A DNA stretch of 64,000 nucleotides from Cyanobacteria bacterium P01_A01_bin.123 (GTDB lineage Bacteria; Cyanobacteriota; Cyanobacteriia; Phormidesmidales; Phormidesmidaceae): positions 64,001 to 128,000 of the forward strand of contig JBCBZT010000017.1 of the NCBI GenBank assembly GCA_039815185.1, given 5' to 3'. Positions within the stretch are counted from its first letter, which is position 1. Every line of letters starts with the position of its first letter. The translations under genes and the position numbers were made by a program. Below are positions 9,618 to 19,645 of the stretch, piece after piece. The notes beneath the pieces were generated by a model. It was not told the DNA's origin. It was given only the letters and a program-made list of their open reading frames with translations, and made no database searches.

Positions 9618-10034
9618 ATGAGCATGCTCAACTTTTTTAGATCTTTGGTGTTGATTGGATTACTCCTAGTGACGAATATTGCTAATTTAGACATCGTGCT
9701 GTCAAACTATGGCTCAACCCAAGGACAGTTGGTGGTGTCTTTGTTTGAGAGTCCAGCCACATTTTTGGTAGAACCACTGCAGACGGCAATCATTACGCCG
9801 ATTCCAACGGAGACTGCAGCGGTCAGGTTTGACCAGCTGCCCACAGGTGATATTGCGATCGCGGCCTTTCACGATGTCAATGCCAATGGCGAACTCGACA
9901 CGGGCCTGTTTGGTATTCCCACAGAAGTATTTGTGTTTGGCAACAATGCCCGAGGCACCTTTGGTCCCCCTTCGTTTCAATCGGCTGCGATCGCTCTAGA
10001 AGGCGGCGACAATACCCATAGGGTGTCTTTCTAA
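9618..10034 (+). CDS. DUF2141 family exported protein
   Basis: Signal peptide; AAFHDVNANGELDTGLFGIPTE..GNNA...GPPSF pattern. Confidence 0.8.
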   Translation: MSMLNFFRSLVLIGLLLVTNIANLDIVLSNYGSTQGQLVVSLFESPATFLVEPLQTAIITPIPTETAAVRFDQLPTGDIAIAAFHDVNANGELDTGLFGIPTEVFVFGNNARGTFGPPSFQSAAIALEGGDNTHRVSF

Positions 10035-10178
10035 TTGGGCTATGGAGTTACGGCTGTGCCGCCTACCCGACATCTTCTCGATTCAGATTTACCGTTGGCA
10101 TAACAATGCAGATGCGCTCAGTCGCCTGGTGGTTGGCTGGTCATCAAAAACACATCTGACTTTCGAGAAATTGAAATC

Positions 10179-11195
10179 ATGCAACGCCAACCTTTGTCCC
10201 AATTGTCTGACCGCCTGTTTATTACCGATGGCGGTCTCGAAACAACGCTAATTTTCCATGCAGGGTTACATTTGCCTGACTTTGCTGCATTTGACTTGTT
10301 AAAAGATGCACTGGGTTACGAAGCGCTATATCAATACTTTCGAACCTATGCCAGACTTGCCCAGACCTATAATGTTGGCTTGGTGTTAGAAAGTGCGACT
10401 TGGCGAGCCAGCGCGGATTGGGGGACTAGGTTGGGCTATTCTACTGAGGCACTCGCTGAGGCTAACCACCGCGCGATCGCGCTATTGAAAATCATCAGTG
10501 ATAAGTATGCTACGCCCCAATCTCCTATGGTGATCAGTGGTTGCATTGGCCCCCGAGGAGATGGCTACAATCCAGCTGAATCGATGAATACTACTGAGGC
10601 TGCGACTTACCATCGGCCACAGATTGAAACGTTACGCCAAGCGGGTGCAGATTTCGTGACGGCCATCACGATGACCCATACCGAAGAGGCCATCGGTATT
10701 GCCCGCGCGGCTCAATGGGCTGAAATGCCTGTGGTGATTTCGTTTACCGTCGAAACAGATGGTTGTTTACCGACGGGACAATCGCTCAAGCAAGCGATTC
10801 GTCAAGTGGATGCCGTTACCAGTAGTGCCCCAACTTACTACATGATCAATTGTGCCCATCCATTTCATTTCGCCCATACCTTACTGTCTGGGGAACCCTG
10901 GCTAGCAAGGCTGCGGGGCATTCGACCTAATGCATCCCAAATGAGTCATGCTGAACTCGACAATGCCGAAACGCTCGATGCGGGCAATCCCATTGAACTG
11001 AGTAGCCAGTGTGGCGCTCTAAAACGCAAACTGCCCAACCTAACGGTAATTGGGGGCTGCTGTGGAACCGATCATCGCCATGTCGAAGAAATGTGCAAGG
11101 CTTTTGTGGCTTCGAACACTGAAGCTGTTAACGAAAATAACGACCTAAAAACTAAGTTGCAGAAGCGCGATCGCGCTTCTGCAAGCTTGCCCTAA
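10179..11195 (+). CDS. Homocysteine S-methyltransferase family protein
   Basis: TDGGLET, GCIGPRGDGY, and Zn-ligand motifs INCAHP and GGCCGT. Confidence 0.9.
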   Translation: MQRQPLSQLSDRLFITDGGLETTLIFHAGLHLPDFAAFDLLKDALGYEALYQYFRTYARLAQTYNVGLVLESATWRASADWGTRLGYSTEALAEANHRAIALLKIISDKYATPQSPMVISGCIGPRGDGYNPAESMNTTEAATYHRPQIETLRQAGADFVTAITMTHTEEAIGIARAAQWAEMPVVISFTVETDGCLPTGQSLKQAIRQVDAVTSSAPTYYMINCAHPFHFAHTLLSGEPWLARLRGIRPNASQMSHAELDNAETLDAGNPIELSSQCGALKRKLPNLTVIGGCCGTDHRHVEEMCKAFVASNTEAVNENNDLKTKLQKRDRASASLP

Positions 11196-11208
11196 TCCAC
11201 TCCACAGG

Positions 11209-11235
11209 ATCCTTACAAATCAAGGGTGTAAGGAT
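11209..11235. terminator. Hairpin between convergent genes
   Basis: ATCCTTACA/TGTAAGGAT 9-bp stem in the 42-nt gap between the HMT and NDH-2 stops; no U-tract. Confidence 0.4.
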
Positions 11236-11237
11236 AG

Positions 11238-12629
11238 TCAAGCATTGACCATAGTCTTTACCTGAGGCCCGGTTTCAGGTTCTTCAAGCCCAGGAATTTC
11301 ATCGTGGCCTGTAATCAAGCGAACACCGCGCTTGCGTGTGAAGTAGTTCCAGGCCCACTGGGTCATCACCAATAGTTTATTGTCAAACTCCACCAGATAG
11401 TAGATATGAACAATAATCCAGACAAACCAGGCTGGGAACCCCCACATCTTTAAGAAGCCCAGGTCAACGACCGCAGCATTGCGGCCAATCACAGCCATGC
11501 TACCCTTATCGCTGTACTGAAACTGAGGCATTTCAGCACCAGTAATCCGGCTTTGAATCACCTTCGCAATGTGTTCACCCTGCTGCATTGCAACTGCCGC
11601 AACCCCGGGTAACGGCTTGTCATCGCCCTGGTGGGCATAGTGAGCTAAGTCACCCACGACATAAAGATTGCTGTAGTTGGGAACGCTCATGTCAGGCTCC
11701 ACAATTACCCGACCCACCCGGTCGAGTTGAGCACCCGTGCGCTCAGCAATCACACCTCCCACGGGGGATGCTTTCATACCTGCCGCCCAAAGAACGGTGC
11801 AGGCTTGTTGTTGGCTGATTTCTTCACCGCTACGGAATGTTACCGTATCCCCTTCAATACCCGTCACTAAGGTTTTGGTGCGGATTGTTACGCCCAGCTT
11901 CTCTAAGGCTGCTTGGGCCTTAGCCGAGAGTTCCGGTTTGTAGGGTGGCAGCACCCGATCCATTCCTTCCACCAAAATGATTTCGGTTTGGGCGGTATCA
12001 ATCGCGCGGAAATCGTCCTTCAACGTGTCATAGGCCAAATCAGCCAGTGCCCCAGCCAGTTCCACCCCAGTTGGCCCGCCGCCCACAATGACAAATGTTT
12101 GTAACGCCTTCCGTCTGGCAGGATCTGTGGCCTTTTCTGCTGCTTCAAAAGCCAAGAAAATCCGACGGCGAACTTCCAGTGCATCCTCAACGGTTTTCAT
12201 CCCGGGGGCGATGCTCGACCACTCATCTTCCTTGCCAAAGTAGTGGTGGCTGACGCCAGTGGCCACAATCAAACTGTCGTAGCCAATCACCTCACCATTT
12301 TTAAGGGAAACCCGTTGGTGATCAGCATCAATGTTGGTCACCTCACCCATAATTACCTGGGCATTCTTTTGGCTACTTAAGACAGCCCGTAGGGGGGAAG
12401 AGATGTCTCCAGCGGATAGCCCTCCAGTTGCGACCTGATAAAGCAGTGGTTGGAACAAATGAAAGTTGCGTTTATCGATCAACGTAATCTTAACGGGGGC
12501 TTTAGCCAGGGATTTAGCGGCGTAAAGACCTCCAAAGCCACCACCGACAATGACAACGTGGTGAAGAGGTGTTTCTGGGCCAGAGGTAGCTTGATGAGAC
12601 GGTGAGGGACGCTGGAGAACTGCTGTCAT
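11238..12629 (-). CDS. Type II NADH dehydrogenase (NDH-2/Ndb family)
   Basis: VVIVGGGFGG, FQPLLYQVATG, IVGGGPTGVELAG, WAAG; likely start is ATG at 12629. Confidence 0.92.
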   Translation of the reverse strand: MTAVLQRPSPSHQATSGPETPLHHVVIVGGGFGGLYAAKSLAKAPVKITLIDKRNFHLFQPLLYQVATGGLSAGDISSPLRAVLSSQKNAQVIMGEVTNIDADHQRVSLKNGEVIGYDSLIVATGVSHHYFGKEDEWSSIAPGMKTVEDALEVRRRIFLAFEAAEKATDPARRKALQTFVIVGGGPTGVELAGALADLAYDTLKDDFRAIDTAQTEIILVEGMDRVLPPYKPELSAKAQAALEKLGVTIRTKTLVTGIEGDTVTFRSGEEISQQQACTVLWAAGMKASPVGGVIAERTGAQLDRVGRVIVEPDMSVPNYSNLYVVGDLAHYAHQGDDKPLPGVAAVAMQQGEHIAKVIQSRITGAEMPQFQYSDKGSMAVIGRNAAVVDLGFLKMWGFPAWFVWIIVHIYYLVEFDNKLLVMTQWAWNYFTRKRGVRLITGHDEIPGLEEPETGPQVKTMVNA

Positions 12630-12764
12630 GGAGTTATAACCAAGTGTTAAGTTTCCTAAGCAAATATTACTCGCTATCGGCCCCATAGTGCCCAGATATT
12701 TATTCTAATTCACGGGAAATTTGTCAATCAATTGTTTCAAAATAAAAGAAGTTGTGTTGTGTCT

Positions 12765-14303
12765 TTACTTTGGCGGCGATTCGCATGTGTCGGGGTCGTC
12801 GGTTTGGGGCGTTTCAGTGGCGTTGACATAATCACTATCGGACTTTGCACCTTCGGCAGCTTGAGGGAGGGGCTTAGATTCAAGGGGCTTGCCGCCGTAG
12901 GTTGGTAGCAGGGTCAGTTGGTTGTTAGCGCGAGGCTTGGTGGATTGGCGTCGTCTGCGGGACACGTTTTCTTCGGTGGTTTCTTCGGCAATCACTTCAT
13001 ACAGTAAGGCGAGCTTGTTGCCAGTGCCTTTACGCAAAACACGGCCCAAGCGCTGGATATATTCGCGAGTAGATCCAGATCCTGAAAGCAAAATGGCGAT
13101 CCGGGCTTCGGGTACGTCGACCCCTTCGTTGAGTACGTGGGAGACCACTAGGGTTTTGTAGGTACCGTCGCGAAAGGCTTGAAGAATGCTATGGCGCTCT
13201 TTCACCGGGGTCTGATGGGTAATAGCGGGGATCAGAAAGTCTTGAGAAATTCGATAAACCGTGGCATTGTCATTGGTGAAAATCAACATTCTGTCGGGAT
13301 AGTGCTGGGCTAGCAGATTAGTCAGCACCTGCAGTTTGCCTTCGGTCCCTAGGGCAATGGTTTTGGCTTCGCGGTGGGCTAGCATGGCGCGGCGACCCGC
13401 TTGGGTGCGAGCGCTGGCTTGTACAAACCGCTGCCATCCCTGGGCTGAACTCAGCCAGATATTGGTCTGCTGCAAAAATTGGTTGCGGTGTTGAATCAGG
13501 TGGTCGTAGCGATCGCGCTCAGTATCAGACAACTTGACCTTGATTTGAATGATCTGATAAGGCGCGAGGGCTTGCCCAGAGAGTTCTTCGGCGGTTTTGT
13601 GATAGATGACAGGCCCTAATAGTGTGGTTAAATCGGCATGGCGACCATCGGCCCGATCGGGGGTCGCGGTGAGCCCCAGGCGATAGGGAGCGATCGCGTA
13701 TTCTGCAATCACCCGGTTAAAGTCACTGGGCAAGTGATGGCACTCATCGCAAATCAGCAGTGCATATTGGTTGCCTAAGGTTTCGGCGTGGATAGCGGCG
13801 CTGTCGTAGGTGGCCACTAGAATCGGTGTGCGATCGCGAGAACCGCCCCCCAACAAACCAATCTCTATATCCGGGAAAGTAGCCTTGAGCTGGGCATACC
13901 ACTGGTGCATTAGATCCAGCGTCGGTACCGTGATCAGAGTGCTGCGGGGGGTGGTTTGCATGGCTAACTGGGCCAAGTAAGTTTTGCCAGCAGCGGTTGG
14001 CAGCACGACGACACCGCGCCATCCTGCCTCAATCCAGGCTTGTAGTGCCTCTTGCTGGTGCGAGTAAGGCTGCATCACCACTTGGGGTTTCAAGCTTAGG
14101 GGTTGAAACCCCAGGGCTTGATCGTTGAAGGTGACAGATTCAGCTTTAAGCGCTTCGACCAAAGGCCGATACTGGTTGGCCGGGACTCGAAATCGCTCAA
14201 TCCGATCATCCCAAACTGCAAACTCAATCCAGCTTTTGCCCCGGGGTGGTGGGTGGAGGACTAAGGTACCGCGATCAAATCTCAAGGTTGGGGTGCGCGG
14301 CAT
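12765..14303 (-). CDS. XPB/Rad25-like SF2 helicase
   Basis: LPTAAGKT Walker A, DECHH, GLTATPDR, NEGVDVP, QRLGRVLR. Confidence 0.9.
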   Translation of the reverse strand: MPRTPTLRFDRGTLVLHPPPRGKSWIEFAVWDDRIERFRVPANQYRPLVEALKAESVTFNDQALGFQPLSLKPQVVMQPYSHQQEALQAWIEAGWRGVVVLPTAAGKTYLAQLAMQTTPRSTLITVPTLDLMHQWYAQLKATFPDIEIGLLGGGSRDRTPILVATYDSAAIHAETLGNQYALLICDECHHLPSDFNRVIAEYAIAPYRLGLTATPDRADGRHADLTTLLGPVIYHKTAEELSGQALAPYQIIQIKVKLSDTERDRYDHLIQHRNQFLQQTNIWLSSAQGWQRFVQASARTQAGRRAMLAHREAKTIALGTEGKLQVLTNLLAQHYPDRMLIFTNDNATVYRISQDFLIPAITHQTPVKERHSILQAFRDGTYKTLVVSHVLNEGVDVPEARIAILLSGSGSTREYIQRLGRVLRKGTGNKLALLYEVIAEETTEENVSRRRRQSTKPRANNQLTLLPTYGGKPLESKPLPQAAEGAKSDSDYVNATETPQTDDPDTCESPPK

Positions 14304-14387
14304 AAACCAAATCCGATTTGAAAACTTGGGTTTTGAGCTTGGAGAAAACTATGGATTGAGAGGGGATTGGAGGTGGCTGAGGGTTAA

Positions 14388-15215
14388 CTACTCTTGAATC
14401 AATGCCTGCACAGCACTCGCTTGACGCACGTGGGTAAAGCTGGGGTCAGTTTTGACCATCATCCGATAGAGCTGCGGACTCAGCTGAATAGCCTTTTGTA
14501 AATTGTGAGCCGATTGATCAGCTTTGTCTTGCAACGCATAGGTAACGGCTCGTCCGTACCAGGCGTTGGGGTTATCTTCCCGATACTTAAGAGAGATGTC
14601 AAAGCTAGCGATCGCATCCTCAAACCGCTTCATTTTATTGAGGACAAAGCCCCGATAATTCCAGGCGTAATAACAGTCACGTTTGAGCGTTAGCGTTGTG
14701 TCGAGGCTATCGAGGGCCTGCTTATAGCGGCGGACAGAAGCCAATGCGATCGCCTTGTTATACCACGAACGATAGTGGTTGGGGCGCAGCTTAATCGCCC
14801 GTTCAAAACTGCTGATCGCCTCGATAAACTGATCCAAATGTAGTTTGGCATTGGCCAGGTTGTACCAGGCTTTGGCGTCGCTTGGATCACAGGCTACGGC
14901 CCGTTCAAAACTAGACAGTGCGGCTTCGTAGTCTCCTTGCTTAGCCTGAACAATGCCGAGGCCATGCCAGGCTAAGACGCTTTTGCCATTCAGTGACAGG
15001 GCTGCCTGGAAACTCTCTAGGGCCATCTCATAGGACTTGAGTTCGAACAAGGCATAGCCTCGATGGATCCAGCTCTCCCAGTTGTGAGGATTCTGGTTCA
15101 GAACCTGATCAAATTTCGCGATCGCACTCTCGTAGTGGCCAATGTCATACAGGGCAGTGCCTTGACCGTACCAAGTTTCAGAGTTGGAGTTTTGCGCTTC
15201 AGGGGAGGTAAACAC
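14388..15215 (-). CDS. Tetratricopeptide repeat protein
   Basis: About 7 tandem 34-aa repeats (W...G..L.....Y..A...F..A). Confidence 0.9.
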   Translation of the reverse strand: MFTSPEAQNSNSETWYGQGTALYDIGHYESAIAKFDQVLNQNPHNWESWIHRGYALFELKSYEMALESFQAALSLNGKSVLAWHGLGIVQAKQGDYEAALSSFERAVACDPSDAKAWYNLANAKLHLDQFIEAISSFERAIKLRPNHYRSWYNKAIALASVRRYKQALDSLDTTLTLKRDCYYAWNYRGFVLNKMKRFEDAIASFDISLKYREDNPNAWYGRAVTYALQDKADQSAHNLQKAIQLSPQLYRMMVKTDPSFTHVRQASAVQALIQE

Positions 15216-15598
15216 AGCACTAATAGTGTCAGGTCAATGGAAGCAAGGTCAAGCAGCTGCGAATGAAACCGAGAAAGCGAGAGCCAGTAAATCAAATGTG
15301 ATCTCAAAGTGATTAAGCCAGTCCCGTAGCATCCTGAACCCCTGAATTCAAAGGAGATTTCTATTTTGCAAGATCACTATTCTGGTGGATACTATAAGGC
15401 CAATGCATGACATCCGATTTGAAAACTTGATTTGGGGTGCAGCACCTACGCCCCAACTGAAAAAGCTATAGTTCTGAATCAGGACAAAGTTTAGAATAAA
15501 ACTTTTATAGCTCCTTATGCCATTGCAGTGGACTATCAGCGCTTTTAGCCAAGATTTTAAACCCCATCTAAAGTCCTAGCAACAAAACTCAACACTTT

Positions 15599-17008
15599 AT
15601 GCCCGCTTCGACAACCTATCGCATCGAAAAAGATTCTATGGGGGAACGCCAAATTCCTGCCCATGCCTATTATGGTATCCAGACGTTACGAGCGGTTGAA
15701 AACTTCCCAATTAGCGGCCTTAAGCCGTTGCGCATCTATGTCGATGCTTGTGTGTTAATCAAAAAAGCGGCGGCGATCGCCAATGGGGAATTGGGCTGTA
15801 TCCCATCCGACATTAGCCGCGTCATTGTCCAAGCTGCTGATGAAGTCCTGGCAGGCAATCTGCGTGATCAGTTTATCGTTGATGTCTATCAGGCTGGGGC
15901 AGGTACCTCTCACCATATGAATGTAAATGAGGTCTTGGCCAACCGTGCCTTGGAGATTTTAGGAGACGCCAAGGGCAACTATGGGCGATTGAGCCCCAAT
16001 GACCACGTCAACTACGGCCAGTCCACCAATGATGTGATTCCGACTGCGATTCGCATTGGCGGTTTGATTGCCATGGAACATCGTTTGTTCCCGGCCCTCT
16101 CCGATGCGATCGCGGCCCTCGACAATAATGCTGAAGCCTTTCAAGACGTGGTGCGTTCAGGCCGGACTCACCTACAAGATGCCGTGCCTGTGCGGTTGGG
16201 CGAAACGTTTCGGGCTTGGGCCCAAATCCTCACCGAACATATGATTCGCATTGAAACGGCCTCTGGCGATCTGACCCTGTTGGGGTTGGGCGGGAGTGCT
16301 GCCGGAACCGGATTAAATACCCATCCCCAATATCGATCGCGGGTGGCTGAATTACTCGGCCAACTGATTGATCAGCCGCTGAAACCTGCGCCCCATTTGA
16401 TGGCGGCAATGCAAAGTATGTCCCCTTTTGTGGCCGTTTCTGGTGCCCTGCGTAACCTGGCTCAAGACTGCGTCAAAATTTCCCACGATTTGCGTTTGCT
16501 GGATTCTGGCCCCAAAACTGGGTTCAAAGAAATTCAGCTCCCGCCAGTGCAACCTGGTTCGTCGATTATGCCGGGAAAATACAATCCGGTGATGGCCGAG
16601 ATGACCTCTATGGTTTGCTTTCAGGTAATGGGCTATGATCAGTCGATTGCGTTAGCCGCTCAAGCTGGGCAGCTTGAACTCAACGTGATGATGCCGCTGA
16701 TTGCCTATAATCTGATTCACAGCATTGAGATTCTCGGCAATACGCTAGCCGCCTTCACCCAAAAATGCCTCAAAGGTATTGACACCAATCGCGATCGCGC
16801 TTTGGCCTATGCTGAAGGTAGCTTGGCCCTAGTGACGGCCTTGAATCCACACATTGGTTATCTCAATGCCGCGGCGATTGCTAAAGAATCCTTAGAGACG
16901 GGCAAATCCTTAAGACAACTGGTGCTTGAGAAAAACCTGATGGACGCTGACAAATTGGCTGAAGTCTTGGATTTGGCCCAAATGAGCAAAATTATTGGTA
17001 CTCCTTAA
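15599..17008 (+). CDS. aspA: Aspartate ammonia-lyase / class II fumarase family lyase
   Basis: RIEKDSMGE, QAGAGTSHHMNVNEV, QSTNDV, GRTHLQDA, signature GSSIMPGKYNP. AspA versus FumC activity cannot be settled by eye. Confidence 0.8.
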   Translation: MPASTTYRIEKDSMGERQIPAHAYYGIQTLRAVENFPISGLKPLRIYVDACVLIKKAAAIANGELGCIPSDISRVIVQAADEVLAGNLRDQFIVDVYQAGAGTSHHMNVNEVLANRALEILGDAKGNYGRLSPNDHVNYGQSTNDVIPTAIRIGGLIAMEHRLFPALSDAIAALDNNAEAFQDVVRSGRTHLQDAVPVRLGETFRAWAQILTEHMIRIETASGDLTLLGLGGSAAGTGLNTHPQYRSRVAELLGQLIDQPLKPAPHLMAAMQSMSPFVAVSGALRNLAQDCVKISHDLRLLDSGPKTGFKEIQLPPVQPGSSIMPGKYNPVMAEMTSMVCFQVMGYDQSIALAAQAGQLELNVMMPLIAYNLIHSIEILGNTLAAFTQKCLKGIDTNRDRALAYAEGSLALVTALNPHIGYLNAAAIAKESLETGKSLRQLVLEKNLMDADKLAEVLDLAQMSKIIGTP

Positions 17009-17018
17009 CGCAAGTTCT

Positions 17019-17981
17019 ATGATTAATTCAACACCCCAGGCGACCGCACCCTACGCTATGGATGAAGAAGCCTGGTGGGTTCAGCAATGGGTTGATTTAC
17101 TCAACTCCTATCGATTCAAGAAGCGGTTAGAGCGCGGGCGACGCTACGCCCGTGAAGGTCATATCCTCAGCCTAGAATTCAAAGGCTCCAAAGTGGCTGC
17201 CAAGGTTCAAGGTACAGCGCCTGACCCCTATAAGCTCTCAATCTGGATCGACCCCTTCTCGGACGAAGATTGGGACTATGTGGTTGATACCCTCGCCGAG
17301 AAAGCGCTGTTCTCAGCCCAGCTTCTAGCTGGAGAAATGCCCAAAGACATTGAGGCCGTTTTTACCGCCAATGGTTTGAGTCTGTTTCCGTTTACCCTGT
17401 CCGATGTCCATTCCCGCTGTAGCTGCCCCGATCCAAAGAACCCCTGCAAACACATTGCGGCGGTTTACTACCAATTAGGAGACTTCTTTCGCGAAGACCC
17501 CTTTGTCCTGTTTCAACTGCGGGGCCGCACCAAAAGCCAACTGCTTGAGGCCCTACGTCAACGACGCAGACAGCAAAACCAAGTTGAAGCCGGGGTCGGA
17601 TTGGCTGAAACTGCATCGGTTGAAGCTGAATTAACCGAAGCGGAATCAGCTGAAACTGCATCGGTTGAAGCTGATTCAACCGTGATCATGGCCGCCGATG
17701 ACATGTTGGTGGCATCTGAAACGGCGATCGCGCCCGCATCGACAGATCAGTTCGCAGTGAGTCGCCCTGTAACTGAACGCCCCCTTGACTTACAGCGATT
17801 TTGGCAATACGATCAGTCTCTTGATCACTCTTTAGTCGTCATTACCCCGACGAGTGAGACAGTGCTAGACACCCTAGGCCCCCTGCCGCTCCCTGCCGAA
17901 GATGCCCAAGCCGTGATGAACTATCTCAGAATGATCTATCAACAGGTGGGACAACAGGCAATGATGTCTGCCCTGAGCTAA
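17019..17981 (+). CDS. SWIM zinc finger protein
   Basis: RLERGRRYAREG, CSCPD..PCKHIAAV, DPFVLFQLRG; start uncertain (17019 or 17058). Confidence 0.88.
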   Translation: MINSTPQATAPYAMDEEAWWVQQWVDLLNSYRFKKRLERGRRYAREGHILSLEFKGSKVAAKVQGTAPDPYKLSIWIDPFSDEDWDYVVDTLAEKALFSAQLLAGEMPKDIEAVFTANGLSLFPFTLSDVHSRCSCPDPKNPCKHIAAVYYQLGDFFREDPFVLFQLRGRTKSQLLEALRQRRRQQNQVEAGVGLAETASVEAELTEAESAETASVEADSTVIMAADDMLVASETAIAPASTDQFAVSRPVTERPLDLQRFWQYDQSLDHSLVVITPTSETVLDTLGPLPLPAEDAQAVMNYLRMIYQQVGQQAMMSALS

Positions 17982-18089
17982 CCTCCATTCGATTTGAAAC
18001 CTTGAATTTTAGAGTGTTGGTCCTAGGGTCTCAAGGCATGGGGCCAACGCTATAAGATATGGGATACAGAGTTTGAATAGGTAATTGCG

Positions 18090-19412
18090 TTGGCTTATCA
18101 GGTGGGCTTACTGGGGTTGGGGACAGTCGGGACAGGCACGGCTCAAATTTTGACTGATGCAGCGGGGCGTTCTCCCTTAATTAGTGAAATTGAGATTGCT
18201 AAGGTAGGGGTTCGTAGCCTCGATAAAAACCGTGAGGTTGAGCTTCCAGCGGAGATGTTCACCACTGATTTAGACAGCATCGTCAGTGATCCAACAATTG
18301 ATCTGGTCGTGGAGCTAATTGGCGGCCTAGAACCGGCGCGATCGCTAATTTTAAGCGCGATCGCCCACGGTAAACATGTCGTCACGGCAAACAAAGCCGT
18401 GATTTCTCGCTTTGGGGATGAGATTTTTACAGCTGCGAATGCGGCTGGTGTTTACGTATTGCTGGAGGCAGCAGTCGGGGGCGGTATTCCGGTGATTCAA
18501 CCCCTGAAACAAGCCTTAGGAGTGAACCGCATTCATGCGGTGACGGGCATCGTCAATGGCACCACCAACTACATTCTGACGCGGATGCAGCGAGAAGGCG
18601 GAGATTTTGCCCCCATCTTGGCTGATGCCCAGCGCTTGGGTTACGCCGAGGCAGACCCGACTGCTGATGTCGATGGATTAGATGCTGCCGACAAAATTGC
18701 GATTTTGGCATCCCTGGCCTTCGGCGGCCGGATTAAGCTCGATCAAGTGCACTGTGAAGGCATTCGCCAGGTGAGTGCGGCAGATATTGACTATGCCGAC
18801 CAATTGGGATTTGTGATCAAGCTATTGGCGATCGCCAAACGCGACACCTGCCCCCGCACCCAAGAGCAGCTTGACCAACTTCAAGTGCGCGTCCACCCTA
18901 CCCTGGTGCCCGCTGAGCATCCTCTGGCGACTGTGAATGATGTGTTTAATGCGATTTTGGTGGAAGGTGATCCCTTGGGGCAGGTGATGTTTTTTGGCCC
19001 CGGTGCTGGTCAGGGGGCCACGGCTAGTGCGGTGGTGTCTGACGTGGTCAATATTGTCGCCACCCTCAAAGCCAATGCCGGCAATCCTCAACCCGGCGAA
19101 ACCCTAAATCCGCTATTGGCTTGCTCCCACCAGCACTATTGCACCATTAGCCCAATGGCCGATTTAATTAGTCGCTTTTATGTGCGCATCATTGCCAAAG
19201 ACATGCCAGGGGTGATTGGTAACTTGGGGACTTGCTTCGGTCAGCATGATGTCAGCATCGAGTCAGTGGTGCAAATCGATCGCCAGCAGCAGATGGCTGA
19301 AATCGTAGTGGTGACCCACGAGGTGCAAGAGGGCAACTTCCAGAACGCCTTAGCTGAAATTCGCACGTTTACAGACATCGACAGCATTCCCAGTTTGTTG
19401 AGGGTGCTTTAA
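18090..19412 (+). CDS. hom: Homoserine dehydrogenase with C-terminal ACT domain
   Basis: GLLGLGTVG, VVTANKA, EAAVGGGIP, NGTTNYIL, GYAEADPTADVDG, GPGAG. Confidence 0.95.
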   Translation: MAYQVGLLGLGTVGTGTAQILTDAAGRSPLISEIEIAKVGVRSLDKNREVELPAEMFTTDLDSIVSDPTIDLVVELIGGLEPARSLILSAIAHGKHVVTANKAVISRFGDEIFTAANAAGVYVLLEAAVGGGIPVIQPLKQALGVNRIHAVTGIVNGTTNYILTRMQREGGDFAPILADAQRLGYAEADPTADVDGLDAADKIAILASLAFGGRIKLDQVHCEGIRQVSAADIDYADQLGFVIKLLAIAKRDTCPRTQEQLDQLQVRVHPTLVPAEHPLATVNDVFNAILVEGDPLGQVMFFGPGAGQGATASAVVSDVVNIVATLKANAGNPQPGETLNPLLACSHQHYCTISPMADLISRFYVRIIAKDMPGVIGNLGTCFGQHDVSIESVVQIDRQQQMAEIVVVTHEVQEGNFQNALAEIRTFTDIDSIPSLLRVL

Positions 19413-19465
19413 GCGGAATCACAGGTGTGCCAATATAGGGATAACTGTAAAACTGTCCTATAGGG

Positions 19466-19495
19466 TTGACCTCACTTTTTCGCACACTGTATTCT
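19466..19495 (+). promoter_or_regulatory. Sigma70-type promoter for the Yfr2-like RNA
   Basis: TTGACC (19466-19471), 18-nt spacer, TATTCT (19490-19495), 7 nt before GGTGTGAGGAG. Confidence 0.5.
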
Positions 19496-19502
19496 TAGTT
19501 CA

Positions 19503-19566
19503 GGTGTGAGGAGCGAACAAGGAGCTCTGGGAGTCGAAACAAGGCAAGACGTCCCAGAGCTTTCTT
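19503..19566 (+). ncRNA. yfr2: Yfr2-family small RNA
   Basis: 5' GTGTGAGGAG motif, then hairpin GCTCTGGGA-GTC/GAC-G-TCCCAGAGC with loop GAAACAAGGCAA and a short U-run; matches the cyanobacterial Yfr2 layout. Confidence 0.75.
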
Positions 19567-19645
19567 AATCTCAATTTTCTGTGGTCTTAGCGCTTCACCC
19601 AAAGAATTGCGATTGCATACGGCTTAATCGGCTGCTCGTTTGGAC

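Noticed and set aside
17604..17674. Direct repeat GCTGAAACTGCATCGGTTGAAGCTGA (twice) in the SWIM gene
   Set aside because: In-frame duplication (AETASVEA) in a disordered linker; similar linker repeats occur in CheA at about 57060-57280; no sign of a mobile element
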